A stretch of 61,696 nt of DNA, the filler included, from Sluysia triapertura (lineage: Eukaryota): NCBI GenBank assembly GCA_046118255.1. It is 5 parts of 5 records of this genome, joined end to end, with 100 filler letters (N's around TTAATTAATTAA, not from the genome) between each part and the next. Parts side by side here need not be neighbours in the genome. Positions count along the whole stretch, not along the records: positions 11,425 to 26,027 come from JBJNIA010253746.1; positions 26,128 to 38,505 come from JBJNIA010115308.1; 3 more parts are not named here. One strand, written 5' to 3'. This document shows positions 12,964 to 26,394 of the stretch, in pieces. The position numbers and the translations under genes were made by a program. Each line of letters begins with the position of its first letter. Within the stretch, counting starts at the first letter, position 1. The notes beneath the pieces are model-generated. The model was not told where the DNA came from and searched no databases. It worked only from the letters and a program-made list of their open reading frames with translations.

Positions 12964-15900
12964 CGTGTTTCCCGAAAATACGACAGGGCTTACATTAATT
13001 TTCACTCCAAAATATGACACTAGGGCTTATTTTTCGGTGTGTCCTATTTTCTCTACAAAGTTACAAAATAGACAATTATGAAATTTCTAAATTTACAAAA
13101 AGCATGAAAACCGAACTACATTTACTAATGAATGTTCAAAAATCATTCATAAACTATAAATCATTCACGAATGACCATATCGTCATCCAATGGAATGTCT
13201 TGCAAGTCACTGGATTCCAAAATTTTTGCGGAGTTTTTATTTAACTGAATTTCATTACTTTAAGTCATTCTCATGGATATGTGCGGTAAAGGAAATATGC
13301 TTTTATAATTGATAAGAAAATCTTAATTGGATGATTGTCTGAAAGTGAATCACAATCAGAATCTTGTTATAGTCAGTCGTAGTCAGAAAGTGAACCAGAA
13401 TGCATTGACAATGAAAGTATCTCAGAATGTATTGTAATTTAAAACTAATTGTGCTTTAAATACAGAAGTATATGCTAAGGAATGCTTTGAACAGCATCTC
13501 GAGCCATTCATTGACTTTTATTAGGTATCCTATAAAGTTATCTATCAGAACTTAAATTAAAATCATCCCAAAATATCACACTAGGTCTTAATTTCGGAGA
13601 AACAGGGTAATATAAGAATTTCATAGTAAAAATATATCATCTTAAAATAAAATTACAAAATAATTGAAAATATCTTTTTAATTGTAAAAGAATATCTGTA
13701 GTTTTAATGAGACATCTTAAAATATTTCAAAAATAAATCAAATAAAATCCAAAAAAACATAGANNNNNNNNNNNNNNNNNNNNNNNNNNNNNNNNNNNNN
13801 NNNNNNNNNNNNNNNNNNNNNNNNNNNNNNNNNNNNNNNNNNNNNNNNNNNNNNNNNNNNNNNNNNNNNNNNNNNNNNNNNNNNNNNNNNNNNNNNNNNN
13901 NNNNNNNNNNNNNNNNNNNNNNNNNNNNNNNNNNNNNNNNNNNNNNNNNNNNNNNNNNNNACAAATAAGTTATTGTTGTGGAATATCTTTATATTCAATA
14001 TTTGCATTAATAAACATTGTGGTACTTTTATACATGCACAAACTTTCGTCGGGAAACAATGAATTCTATAATACTTACATATTAATGCATACATACACAT
14101 AATACATATCCATGTCCATTTTCCGACAGAGAACAAAGATCTGAATCATCAGCCATATACATCTTTCTGTCATTATTTACTTAAGAAAAATAAAAATTAG
14201 AATTATACGAAGGTTGAATAATTTTCTGTTTTTAATTATTTTAATTATTTTAATTTTATTATTTTTGATTTTTACAGATGGATGAATTTATGATAGAAGC
14301 TGTAGATTTAGGTCAATTGTATAAAATTAAATTGGGTCATGATGGTAAATTGGCAGGCGCTGGTTGGTATGTAGATAAAGTAATTGTGACTCAAGAAGAA
14401 AATCCATCCAATTGTTTAAATATTCGAATACAAAAGTAAATTTACGATTTATTTTATTTAATTTTAGCTGGTTCGATGTTCACGAAGGAGACGGATTAAT
14501 TGTCAGAGAATTGACTGGTTCACTTTTACTTGGAAGTAGGTATAATTAGTTATTTAATGTGTGCTGTATTCAATTAAAATGTCAGTTTTAAATTTATTGT
14601 TTAATACTATATCATTGTCGAATAATATGTCAAGGTCAAATATAGTTGTCCATGTAATATTTTTATATTATGATTATAAAGTAATGAATTTAACACACGT
14701 TTTATGTATTATTATGGTTAATTGACGCAACAGAATTAAGAGTTAATACGTAATAGCAAGGCAATTATTCATATAATTAAAGTAATGAAGAATAGATGAA
14801 ATAGAAATCGGATTTTTGAGATCATTCAAAGAAACAATAGAACAATTGACTGGGGTCAGTAAAGACTACTGTTGAGTATGTACCGAAGTCACAGTATACA
14901 TGATGGATTACGCTGAAAAAGTGAATATAGATCGAAAGATAATTATGATTGATACAGTTCGAGATCATTAGATCTTGGATTGAAAATAGAGAACATTACA
15001 TTTGTGTTACTATTTTAATTAATTACGGTTTTTGTTAATTTTTAACAATCTATATTTTCTTAAATTTTCGAAAAATTATATTAACAATAATATATTTTTC
15101 ATTTGATATTTGCGACATAATTATTAATTAAAACAAAACCTAAAATTAAATATCAAGAAAATCAATTCAAGAAAATTATTTAAATATTAGTCCTACTCTT
15201 CATCTGTCGAATATACAAAAGTACAATTTTAGTATTTATAAGTATATGCTAGATTTCTTAAAATCAACAATTATGAAAAAACTCTTTTTACGATGGGGCC
15301 GTCTTTATATTGCGATTTATGTCTGGACGAAGACGAAATTACAGATTAAAAAAGAATATACTTTTGAATATAAAAATTTAAGTTTTTCTTAAAATAAATT
15401 CTCCATTTAGTATTTTAATTCAACTATTTAAATTCTCTTTTACGTGTATTCTTTAATGTTATTTATCTCTATTAACTTAAATTAATTGTATATCTCTATC
15501 ACTCTAGTTTATTTTCTTTCTTAACTTTCAATATTTTTTAAATTTAATCCTCAAGATTCTCGAAAAAATATAACATGAAAAAACAAAATTTTATTAAATA
15601 AATATAATGTATAACAGACACAGGTTAAAGAATAAAAATTACAAATTTATATGATATACAAATTAAAAATAAAAAGATGATATTTATTTGGATTTTAATT
15701 TTAGTTTAAATTGAACCAGGTTTGAATATTTAAAGATTTTACGTCGTATATATTATTGCTAAAATTATCAGAGCACACTTATTAATTATTAACTTATGTG
15801 ATCAAAGTAATAATAATTTATTCCAAAGAATCTCCTTTCCAATTAAATAGATGTCCAATCTGATAATATCTCGTTCCAATAAAAAGGTTACACGATAAGT

Positions 15901-18900
15901 CAAAGTTCCAAATTAATTTCAATAATCTTCTTTCAAACAAATATATATAAAGATTTATAAAACTTTTGTGCGTACACTTTAATAATTTTAACACCTTTTA
16001 TAGATTTTCATGAAACTATTTTTATTACCTTTGAGATCATAAAATAAAAATCTTTTAAAACCTTTTTTATATCAACATAAAAATTTTTAAATTTCATTTA
16101 TTTTATAAAATCAAAGAGTAATTATTAACTTTTAAATTAAATTTTTTCTTTTTTCAAAATTGATTATTTATAAAACATTGATTTTTAATTTTATTTACAA
16201 ACAAATAAATTTAACAAAATAATACAAAATTAATTATTCATAAAGCATTTATTTTCCTTATAATTTATTTACATGTATAATAATTTAAATTTATAAATAA
16301 AAGAGAAATAGTAAAATTTACTTTTGTTAATTTCGTGATATTGCTTTATAATTTGTTAATTATATTTGTCTATTTAACCAATTGGTTTTGGTTGGTGAGT
16401 TTAAAAAACAACGAAAAAAATGCAAATTATCACAATCATATTCATTTTAATAAAATATGATTAATTTGGATTTTACTTTTGATCTTTTGAGTTTTAATTT
16501 AGCCCATTAAATGTCACATTTTAAAGATCTAAAAACAATTATTTTAACCATAAATGCTATTGTTTTTAATACCTTCATTATTTTTCGGTTGTATTTTATT
16601 TTGAAGTTTATAGTATGAATAAAATTTAATTCTTTTTATTTAGAAATCACATATGAAATTGAAGTAAAAACCGGAACAAGTTATGGTGCAGGTACAGACG
16701 CTGCAGTTTTCCTGACAATTATCGGCAAGAATGGTGATTCTGGTGAATTGCAATTGAAAAATTCAGAATCTTCCCTTAACAAATTTGAAGCTGGTAATAT
16801 TGATTTGTTTAGAATTGAAGCCGAAGACCTTGGAGAAGTATATTTGTTTTGTTTTAGTAATAAATAATTTTCCATAGAATAATAAAATCTAATATAAATA
16901 TATTAAAATAATCTAATTTTGAAAACGTATAGTTGTACTATATAATCTGAAATACGTTTCATTATTTTTAGATAAGTAATGTAAAAAATGTTATTCAAAG
17001 AGTAGAAAAAGTAGTGTTTTAATTGATAAAATGAAAAGAATTGATAAGATCAACAAAAACTATCATAATGTATAATATTCAGTAATAAAATCAGCCCAAA
17101 TTCTAAAATAAATGAAACAAAGTTAATTTCAGATGATATAAGATGATTTATACCAAACTCAAACTATGGATGTTATGTGGAAGAAAAGATTAATTGCATT
17201 ATCAAAGTGTACGTTGTACAATTAAAGAGAAAAATATGAGTATTTTTAATTTTATATTCATTGATAACTAAAAATTTATATTTTAATTGTAGTACATTAT
17301 AATCAAAAAGTGCGAAAATTGCAATTACTATTGATTGAATCAATCATATAAAGAATTCAAAATCGAAATAGAAGTCTATAGATCCTAACATCATAAAAGT
17401 CTTAAATATTTCTGGGAAAGTCAACACGAATATGCATTTAAGATATAATAATTTATACAGAATACTAATTAATGACTATATTATATAAATTATTAGTACA
17501 TTAATATATTATTATTATTATTATTATCATTATTATTATGAAATAAATATATTCAAATTTAAAATAATTTTAATTTAGATAATTTTGTATTTATATTATC
17601 TCTATATTTATTTTTGTTTAAATGTTTTAAATTTGCGGAAAACAAAAGTCAAACATGCAATTCCTGTTTTAGAAAGCTTTATAAATTTGACAAAAATAAA
17701 TATATAACATTCTAAAAGTAATAAAACAATGTCGAATTTTATTTCAGAAATATTTAAATTTAAATTTAAAAATATTTAAATAAAGTTATAAAACGAAAAA
17801 TGTATTTTAAAGAGTCATAATATAACCTAAAATTAAAAAATATTTAGATGAAATTAGGCATACCATCACGATAATAAATTAAATAAAATTAGTTTATTAT
17901 AAGAAACATTAGCAATGTATATGAGAATTAACTACTATATTTACTAAATAATGAAATTAGAATATTAATTGATCGTATAATAATAATAATAAATAGTACT
18001 TTCTACAAGAAATAAAGATAAAGCATTAAGATAAACCAATCTCATAATTTAATTGATTTTTAATTTGTAGATTTAGGTATGAATTATAAATTATTTGAGT
18101 GCTATATTCATTGATAAATTATGAAGAAATTTTAAATAGAAATTTTGTATTATTGTTGATTATTGTGATATTTATTAATTTATATTCGATAATTGTAATT
18201 CGATATATAATCAGGACTTGAAGAAATGTATATCGTAAAATTAAAATAAATTATAGAATATTTAGAAACTACTCTAAATAATCAAAGATTGTTATTGCTA
18301 ACTGCGTTTAACATTATAATTTGAAATTATTTTCTAAGTTTAACCATTTTTCACTTTTCGTATAATAATTGTTAAATTTATTTAGCGGTATAATTTTCCT
18401 TCAGCTCATCCTAGATCTAAGTAAACACTTTTTGGTCGAAATAAGTTTAGGCAAAATTGAATAAGACCGATTTTGCAAGCATAGACTAATCATTTGGAAT
18501 AGTTTTCCGTTTGACATCGAATAAAAACAACAAAATAGTCAGGTAACGCAAAATAACTAGGTGATCCAAACCTTAAGAAATATATTTCTATTAATCAGTA
18601 TCAAATTTTATATAGATAAACTAAAATCAATATATTTAACTAAACAAAAGTAGATCGAATAATATCTTCAATTATTCAACAGTTCCTGAACTTTGTATGC
18701 AATAAAAATTTGAAAAATAATATTTATTAAGAAAATAATCCGATGAGATTAAGTCATGTTTGCAATGGCGACTGACTAAAGGACACAAAATCAATCTTTA
18801 TTTGTAACTCAATATTTAGAAGAAATGAAATCTAAAAATATAAATTTTAACTTAAATTTTATTCTAAACAATTGTTCTCTGTAAAACTGTGCCTCTTAGC

Positions 18901-21900
18901 TCTTTAATATTGTTAGAAAAGAATGTATTTACCTTACAGAATAAAAGTAGATAATAAGTGGGTTCACCAACGTATCTAAGCTTACGGTTACGGTTAGACC
19001 GTTTGATTTTAGAAATGATGTTTAATAAAAATGATTTTACTAAGGTTCGTTAAAATGAACCTGAATACTCAACTATTTAATGATTTAACTAAAGTTAACA
19101 ATTAAAAGAATATATTAATATGATCAAATTATGTAACAAAAAAATAATTAATGTGGTTTACAAAATGCAATAATAATTAATGAAGTTATGAAGATTATTC
19201 TTGATTAGTAATCGTATATAAATAAAGTATAGAAGATAGTTTACTCAGTTAACGAATTAAATGTATTCGAATTTTAAGTCGAGATTTTACTATACAATAT
19301 TATTGCTTTAAAACTTATTAAATGAAACTAACGAATTATCATATTAATTAATTTATCATATTAATTATACTATCATATTATATCTTTTTTCTGTGATAAC
19401 TATTTCTTCCCAGATGCGTTTCGAGCAAGAATTTGTTTTAATAATTTGTGAGTAATTGTATTTTGTGTCTAAGCTTTTATACTAAAATTTTAACCTTAAT
19501 TTAATTAGAAAATTTTATTTTTAATTTAAACAAAAATGTATATTCATTCGTTAGTTTTAGATTTTTTATCAAAATAAATAATTATTTTAAATTCAACAAA
19601 TAATAATAATAATATCAAAATTAAATTTACACAATAATAATTTACCAATTAATATTCTAAATATATTCAAAAATCGATAAATTTTGTACACAAATAAATA
19701 ATACAATTGTCCATAAAATATAAAATCAATAATTTTTGTCTATATGCACAAACTATAAATAGATATTCAATAATTCTTCTCCACATATGTACTTTGATAC
19801 TGACAATGTCATATATCAAAAATTGTATATTTCTGAGATTTTTGAAATTTTCAATGTTAATATTAAATTATTGTCTTAAAAGTTCTCTTTCAAATTTATA
19901 TTTAAACAATTATATGGAAAAATCACAATTATTTTTCAAATCATAAAGATAATTAAATTTATTAATAAATCTGGTTTATTATTAATTTTGATTTGTGACT
20001 AAAACATTTCAAAAAATTTCCTATACGATTCATATGGTTTATATATAACTTCCTAATTAATGGTTATTTAAATGAAATGATGTTTCACATTGAAATATTC
20101 AGATAAAATCAATTCGCCTCCGTCAAGACAACTCAGGTACAAGTTCTGCTTGGCAAGTAGATCAAGTGAATATCATAATAAGAGATTTAGGACTCAAATA
20201 TATAATAGTAATTAATGAATGGCTCGATAAACGAAGGCCTTCGATTGATAAAGATGTAACATCGCTTGAGAAAATCGAAAAAGGTAAGAAACTTAAATTA
20301 AAATTCGAAGTTTGTTACAAAGCATTTGTTTTTTAATTAAGTAAAATTTGTAGATTTTAAATTTCTCCATATATAATAATATAACTCATTAGTACCTCTA
20401 TACAACTTAACTGACCAACAAATTGACCAATAAACAACAAACTTATGATACGACATTTAAGTAAACAAACTTTTCTACATGCTCGAGCTAGAATTTCTAT
20501 TACAAACATTAAAATATTTATGTGCTTGTTTGAACTAATCAGTTTTACTGTTAAATTTTAGAATTACTTTTGAATTACGAGCATTAATTGGTTAATTAAA
20601 AATTTAATATTGATTATGCAAATAATTTGATGATTAATTTGTATTTAGGAATACCATATCAAATCACAGTATATACAGGTGATGTACTAAATGCAGGAAC
20701 AAAAGCAAATGTAGTAATACAAATATATGGAAAAAATAAGAAAACAGGTGAAATTCCATTGAAAAATAAATCAAATAATTTTGAAAGAGGAGAAAGTGCT
20801 ACTTTCAAAGTAAATATTGTTTAATATTTTGTTCGTTTATTGAATAACAAATTTTTTTATAATATGTATTTTTTTATTATATCATATTTGACATCCATAA
20901 TGCACATTTATATACTGAATTTGAAATCAATAATAGAGAAAATATGATGAAAAGAACAGAATAACTTAAAAAATTAAAAATTAGTCAGATATAAAACCAG
21001 AGTGCTATATGTATTGAAAAATGAAGAGAGTAACCATTTGAAATGAGTTAAATTGATAATAATAGTAGAATAATAATTATTATAAAATAATAATATTACT
21101 TAAAATATAATTACATAATAATAATTTACTACTTATAGTAATAAATAAATAATAATTAGTAATAATAATATTTTGGAGTGAAAGTAAATTCTCTTTTTCT
21201 TATTTGAGAAATTATTTGCAAAAAAATTAATGGTTAAAGATCAGTTTAAATATTATCAGGAAAAATTCCATTTTTTTGATTGGTTAACAATAGTTTTGGC
21301 TCGAAAGATTTAATTTCCATTTTTGAAAAAAAACCTAATTTGACCCTTTATCGAATATTATAAATTAGGATGCGCTATCATTAAGTTTGTATTTGTTTTT
21401 TTAAACAAATATTAAAATATACTCAAACTCGTAACTTTTTGCCCGATTTAGTGAGGACTAAAATCATATTAAATTAATTTAATAATTAATTAAATATTAA
21501 AAAGCAAAACCTTTTAATTGTCAATTACCTTTACACATTTTTCTCTCTGTTTGATTATTTTCATACTTCTTTTTTTGTTATATTAAGAATATTATTTTGG
21601 TTTTTCATTGAATAATTTGGAAGCTTAATATCTTACGATAGATTACAGCTCAAAATGTACTTTGCGATTACCAAAGTTGAATTATTGTATAAACCAATTA
21701 TTGTGACAGCATTTAAGTAATACAATTACAATTACATAAAACACAGTATTCATAATGTATCTCAATGAGAATATAATTGCACAATATTGCATCTACATCA
21801 CACAATCACTTCCATAGCTGCACAAGTAGTGGATTGTAGCCGAACCAATCAAGTTATTCATTTTGCTCGTGTCAAACAGCATATAGTAATAAATGTTTAC

Positions 21901-22405
21901 ATTACGAAAATCTCTCAAAACTAATTAAAATGTAACAAAGGAAATCACTACAATTACTAAACTTTGTAATAATGAATCATATTCGAAATTATGTTTCAAA
22001 TCACTTGAAGATTTTTAATATTTTATAAGCACTTTTTGGGTATTTATTTCATTGTAGATATTAGATGGTGATAAATTAATAGATGTCATTATTATTATTG
22101 TTGTACTGATCTGGATCGATTATTAAAATAAAGCATTGTGCAATTTTTAATAAATATTTTAACTGTTCTGTTTAGATTAATTCTGTTGATGTGGGAAGAA
22201 TAGAAAAAATTCGAATTGGACATGATGGCAAAGGCCCTGGGGGAGGATGGTTTTTAGAAAAGATTCAAATCGAAAAATTGGTAAATAAAGAAAAGGATTT
22301 TGTTGATTTAAGAAGACCTAGTACAGCTAATATTCAGAGTAAATATATATTTTTTATTAGATTTTTAATAAAAATTATTTTAACTAAATAAATTATTATT
22401 ATTTA

Positions 22406-22460
<55 letters not shown>

Positions 22461-25430
22461 TTAACATGAAAAACTTTGTTAAAACATGCTTAAAATGTAC
22501 AATGAATATTTTTAGTTTACATTTCGATTTTACTTTTGTTATGTTAATTTATGTTAATTTGAGATTGTTTAGAAATGTACGATACTTATCGTCATATACT
22601 AGCTAAAACTTTTAATACTTTAATCCTTACAAAAATAACTTTGATTAAACAATTTAAAATAAGCGCTTTGTATCAATATTCTAACACGATTTTGTTGGGC
22701 TATATATAATAGTATTATTGTCTAATTTACTAGGTGTAATAGCCAATAAGATTCGCCATCGAATTGTATAGCTTTCTACAATATATAAATTTATTATAGC
22801 CAAAATATTTGTATCTTTTAAATTATTTTTTCTGCATTATCATTTATTGCTTTAGCGCTAATCGTTTTCTCTTTCTTATTAAAAGTGTTTTTTTCATATT
22901 TTCTTGGCTACAATAGATTTTTGTTTTGTCGTTTCTTCGTCTTGTCATTTACTTTTGATTATTTTATTATTTTACTTCGATAAAAGAAAATTGTACATTT
23001 TAGTAAACATTTTTATTTTTATTTAATTAAAGTAATAAATAATAATTTTTTGGAATATGTTTAATAAGTAAACTAACTAATTTTGTTTAAATGATTAGAC
23101 GAAACAAAATTAAATTTAAATTTATTAATAAAAATAGACAATAATAATAATAATTATTATTATCATTATTATATATAACTTTTTCTTAGGAGACAAATCA
23201 AAACGTGCACTAAGCCTTTCGTCAGATGATTCTGGAGAATATGATATAAATGTACCAAGACGATCAGTAATAGTCAGGTTATTATTATATTTATATTTAT
23301 ATTTTATTAATATTATAAAGTAGAAGCGTTCATACGAAAATTACTTTTATTGCAAAAAATTTAACTTCAAACTTGAACAGTCAAATTAATTTTATTCGGT
23401 ATCTGGATTATATGAGTCAAATCGACTTATAATTAGTGTTGATTTGATTTGATTTATAAAATAGATGATGGTTCGATATTGATTGTGCTCATTTAATTAA
23501 CGTTGTTCATGGAAATAACTAATCAAAGTTAATTAACTAATCATATTAATTAATTAATTAATTTCTATTGTTATCAGATAATATGTAATACTACACCTAT
23601 GACATTAAAGAGATCACAGATAATTTTAAGTACTTAAATTTGTATTTAAGTAATATTTGTGAGAATATATTGTTACAATATCGAAAGTTTACTTTATCAA
23701 GATGGAACTGCAGTAATCTGTTACGACCAAATATTAATCGTTCGAATTCATAATAATGTTATGAATTACTAAACATTGAATTATCTATAAATAATTTGTA
23801 TAAATTCAAATTTAGTGAAGTAACTCGTTGTATATTCATGAGAACAGTATAATACAGCCGATGATTTATTCTATTTACAATGTGAATATATATAATATAT
23901 AATTTGTTCAATGTGTATGTATGTATGCATTATTATAATACATTAATAAATGAAGGTTGTCGAAATGTGTGGATTATTACACATTCAACTTTTTTATAAG
24001 ATTCAGAAGGTTCTTAAAATTAAAATCTTAAATGTAGATAATTAATTATTTGTTAATTAACTTAATTAAAAAATTAGAATTTTTCGAAATAACATTTAAT
24101 AATTTTTTTAACATTTAAAAATTATTCGAAACGAAGTTATTGTTCAATTTCGATCAAAATTACCTTATAACACTTGGTTTACTGAAGTGAGTTATAAAGA
24201 TTTATAAAAAATCTCATTGGAAAAGTTTTTGCAATATATTTTCTACAAACATTTTAATTGCATTTCAACACAAAAGATATTACATCTATTATAATTCTTC
24301 TATAACTTAGTAGTGTTCTCAACATTGTCTCTTAGCTTTTCAGCCAATTACAAAATAATAACCTTTCTCATATTTACTTGACTCATCTCTTTATATAGAA
24401 TATTAGAAAAATAACTATACTTTTTGGATTATTTGATATACTTAAGGTACAGGCCTAAGGTGTCTTTTAGAATAATGATAGCATATAATTGACTATAATA
24501 AAATAAAATTGTTAGACGGGGCTGATAGCTTAGTGGTCAGAGTATCGAACTAAATAGCTGTGAGGTAAAAGGGTCTGGGTTTTTATTTTTTTCAGTTATT
24601 ACATTTTATGTTAAACTTTTATGCGTTTATTAATGGTTAGAATTATGAAATTTTGTAGCAAATTGTATCATTTTATCTTTCGTGGTTTTCACAATTTTAG
24701 GTAATTGTTTTGTGTTTGCATGTATAGTGCCAATCAAAGTAACTGTTTCACATTAAAAATTGATACAGCTTAGTCACTACAAATTCGATCCTCGGGTTTC
24801 ATCCTTTCTCAAGTATTGAAAACCATTCACAAGAAATGTGCCAGTCAATTTTTGATACCAAATTTATGTGTTGTGTAAATCGCATCTAGCTCATTGATTG
24901 TTATGTGTGCGTCGAGTTTGCAATCAGATTGACTATTCTCTAAATTTATCCCATATTTTTGAAATAAAGGCACAAATATTAATACTTTATTTTTTTGTCT
25001 CATTCTGTCAAAACTTATTCAAAACTCTACGAACTTTAATGTTTGGTACAAGATTTCATCATAATTTTGTCAATTTTCACTTTGAAAGTGCTATTTACCG
25101 AACTAAGCATAGTCAGTAAAAGATGATAATCTACTTATATCATTACTTTATTTCACTGTTTCTCATGAAGTCTGATCATCTTCTTTAGAAGATGTGTCAG
25201 TAGCATTTAATTCACTTCGATTTCAGAATCGGATGAATTTAGTTAAAATTACATCTGAAAATAATTAATATTAAAAATTACTACTTAATACAGAGAAGGT
25301 CTAGAAGAAGATGTGGAAATGTATTGGTTCTTCTGCAACAGATGGCTTGCAGTGGATGAGGGTGATCGAATGTTGTCTGTTGAATTACTGCCCATGGATG
25401 AAAATGGAAATCCGTTAACAACTAAAAGAG
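12338..25430 (+). CDS. LOXHD1: LOXHD1 (lipoxygenase homology PLAT domain protein), partial: 9 internal exons, 3 PLAT domains
   Basis: Phase-compatible exons 12338-12492, 14278-14435, 14468-14535, 16644-16837, 20103-20283, 20649-20809, 22176-22338, 23190-23277 and 25294-25430. Repeated PLAT motifs YxVxxxTG..AGTD(S/A)NV, NKFExG, IxIGHDGxGxGxGW and CNRWLAxDEGD. Confidence 0.92.
12886..12961. repeat. (AAT)n microsatellite
   Basis: Direct reading. Confidence 0.95.
12963..13607. mobile_element. non-autonomous Tc2/pogo-type DNA transposon (MITE) in a LOXHD1 intron
   Basis: TIRs CCGTGTTTCCCGAAAATACGAC and GTCTTAATTTCGGAGAAACAGGG, flanked by TA on both sides. Internal subterminal repeat CCAAAATAT(G)ACACTAGG. 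Confidence 0.85.
13764..13960. other. sized scaffold gap (N run)
   Basis: 197 N with no linker. The LOXHD1 reading frame continues across it. Confidence 0.97.
14278..14435 (+). CDS. LOXHD1: LOXHD1 exon
   Basis: MDEFMIEAVDLGQLYKIKLGHDGKLAGAGWYVDKVIV. Confidence 0.9.
14468..14535 (+). CDS. LOXHD1: LOXHD1 exon
   Basis: WFDVHEGDGLIVRELTG, following a 32-nt intron. Confidence 0.85.
16644..16837 (+). CDS. LOXHD1: LOXHD1 exon
   Basis: ITYEIEVKTGTSYGAGTDAAVFLTIIGKNGDSGELQLKNSESSLNKFEAGNIDLFRIEAEDLGE. Confidence 0.9.
20103..20283 (+). CDS. LOXHD1: LOXHD1 exon
   Basis: IKSIRLRQDNSGTSSAWQVDQVNI...NEWLDK. Confidence 0.88.
20649..20809 (+). CDS. LOXHD1: LOXHD1 exon
   Basis: IPYQITVYTGDVLNAGTKANVVIQIYG...NNFERGESATFK. 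Confidence 0.9.
22176..22338 (+). CDS. LOXHD1: LOXHD1 exon
   Basis: INSVDVGRIEKIRIGHDGKGPGGGWFLEKIQI. Confidence 0.9.
22405..22460. repeat. (ATT)n microsatellite
   Basis: Direct reading. Confidence 0.95.
23190..23277 (+). CDS. LOXHD1: LOXHD1 exon (low-complexity insert within a PLAT domain)
   Basis: DKSKRALSLSSDDSGEYDINVPRRSVIV. Its phase 1 start and phase 2 end bridge the flanking exons exactly. Confidence 0.75.
24443..24597 (+). mobile_element. degenerate copy of tRNA-bearing LTR-like repeat
   Basis: AGGCCTAAGGTGTC leader then TGTTAGACGGGGCTGATAGCTTAGTGGTCAGAG (A box), with a decayed B-box region. Confidence 0.75.
25294..25430 (+). CDS. LOXHD1: LOXHD1 exon
   Basis: EGLEEDVEMYWFFCNRWLAVDEGDRMLSVELLP. 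Confidence 0.9.
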
Positions 25431-25951
25431 GTTTTTTTTCAAATTATTTTATTTGTGTTTTGTCGATAAAATCGTATTTGTAAAATTTATTTAACTCATA
25501 ACTGGCCGCTAAAAATTCTTAATCGACTGTTTGATGGCAACACAAACAAAAACGTACTGAATTTCGAATAAAAAATGATGTATTACTACGACAACGGCCA
25601 GTAATGAATTAAAATCATTTGAAAAGGATTAGAAAAATATCTAAAAATAAACGAAATTAAGAGATACAAATGCCTAATATTGAAAGAATACATTCTACGT
25701 ACTTGTTGCTTTTCATTCTGTTGAATTAAAAAAAATTGTATAATTAATTTTAATGAAAATAAATCTTTATAATGAGCATCGAACTGTGTGGCAAGAAGTT
25801 CTGAGTGAGTATCTAGGTCGCTATTTTAAGTTTTTATAAAGTATGAAGATGCATAATAATAATGATAATATTAATAATATGAATAATAATTGTCATATTA
25901 AGCAAAAATTAATATCTAGTACTACACAATGCTAATCATTATTATGTATAC

Positions 25952-26027
25952 CAGGGCTTCTTAAACTGTGGGTCGCGAGACTACTGAAAGGGGGTCGCAA
26001 AGATCTGATACTTTTCAATCATTATAA
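25952..26027 (+). mobile_element. hAT (Charlie-like) transposon terminus, cut by the linker
   Basis: CAGGGCTTCTTAAACTGTGGGTCGCG...GGGGTCGC is the typical hAT-Charlie end pattern. Confidence 0.7.
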
Positions 26028-26127
26028 NNNNNNNNNNNNNNNNNNNNNNNNNNNNNNNNNNNNNNNNNNNNTTAATTAATTAANNNNNNNNNNNNNNNNN
26101 NNNNNNNNNNNNNNNNNNNNNNNNNNN
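26028..26127. other. artificial assembly linker
   Basis: N44-TTAATTAATTAA-N44. Confidence 0.97.
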
Positions 26128-26394
26128 GTAAACGTAATTATCGATCAGTGTCTGCAGAAAGTGTGGCAGTACTGTATATATATGTAGTACTCGTTGATTC
26201 AGAATTTAGCATTTAATCAAACTCTCAAAAAATGTATTTCGGCTGGATTTATCAAGCATTTTTTTCAAAACAATCAATCAAAAAGATGATGAAAATAATG
26301 AAATATTATCAGACTTAAAATGAAACAAAATCTGTCCAACAAAAGATTTACAAAATTCATTTTAAAATTCGAATTGATAACAAAGACAATAACA

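Noticed and set aside
13704-14136. ORFs containing X runs
   Set aside because: They span the N gap.
16681-16875. Minus-strand ORF
   Set aside because: Antisense shadow of a LOXHD1 exon.
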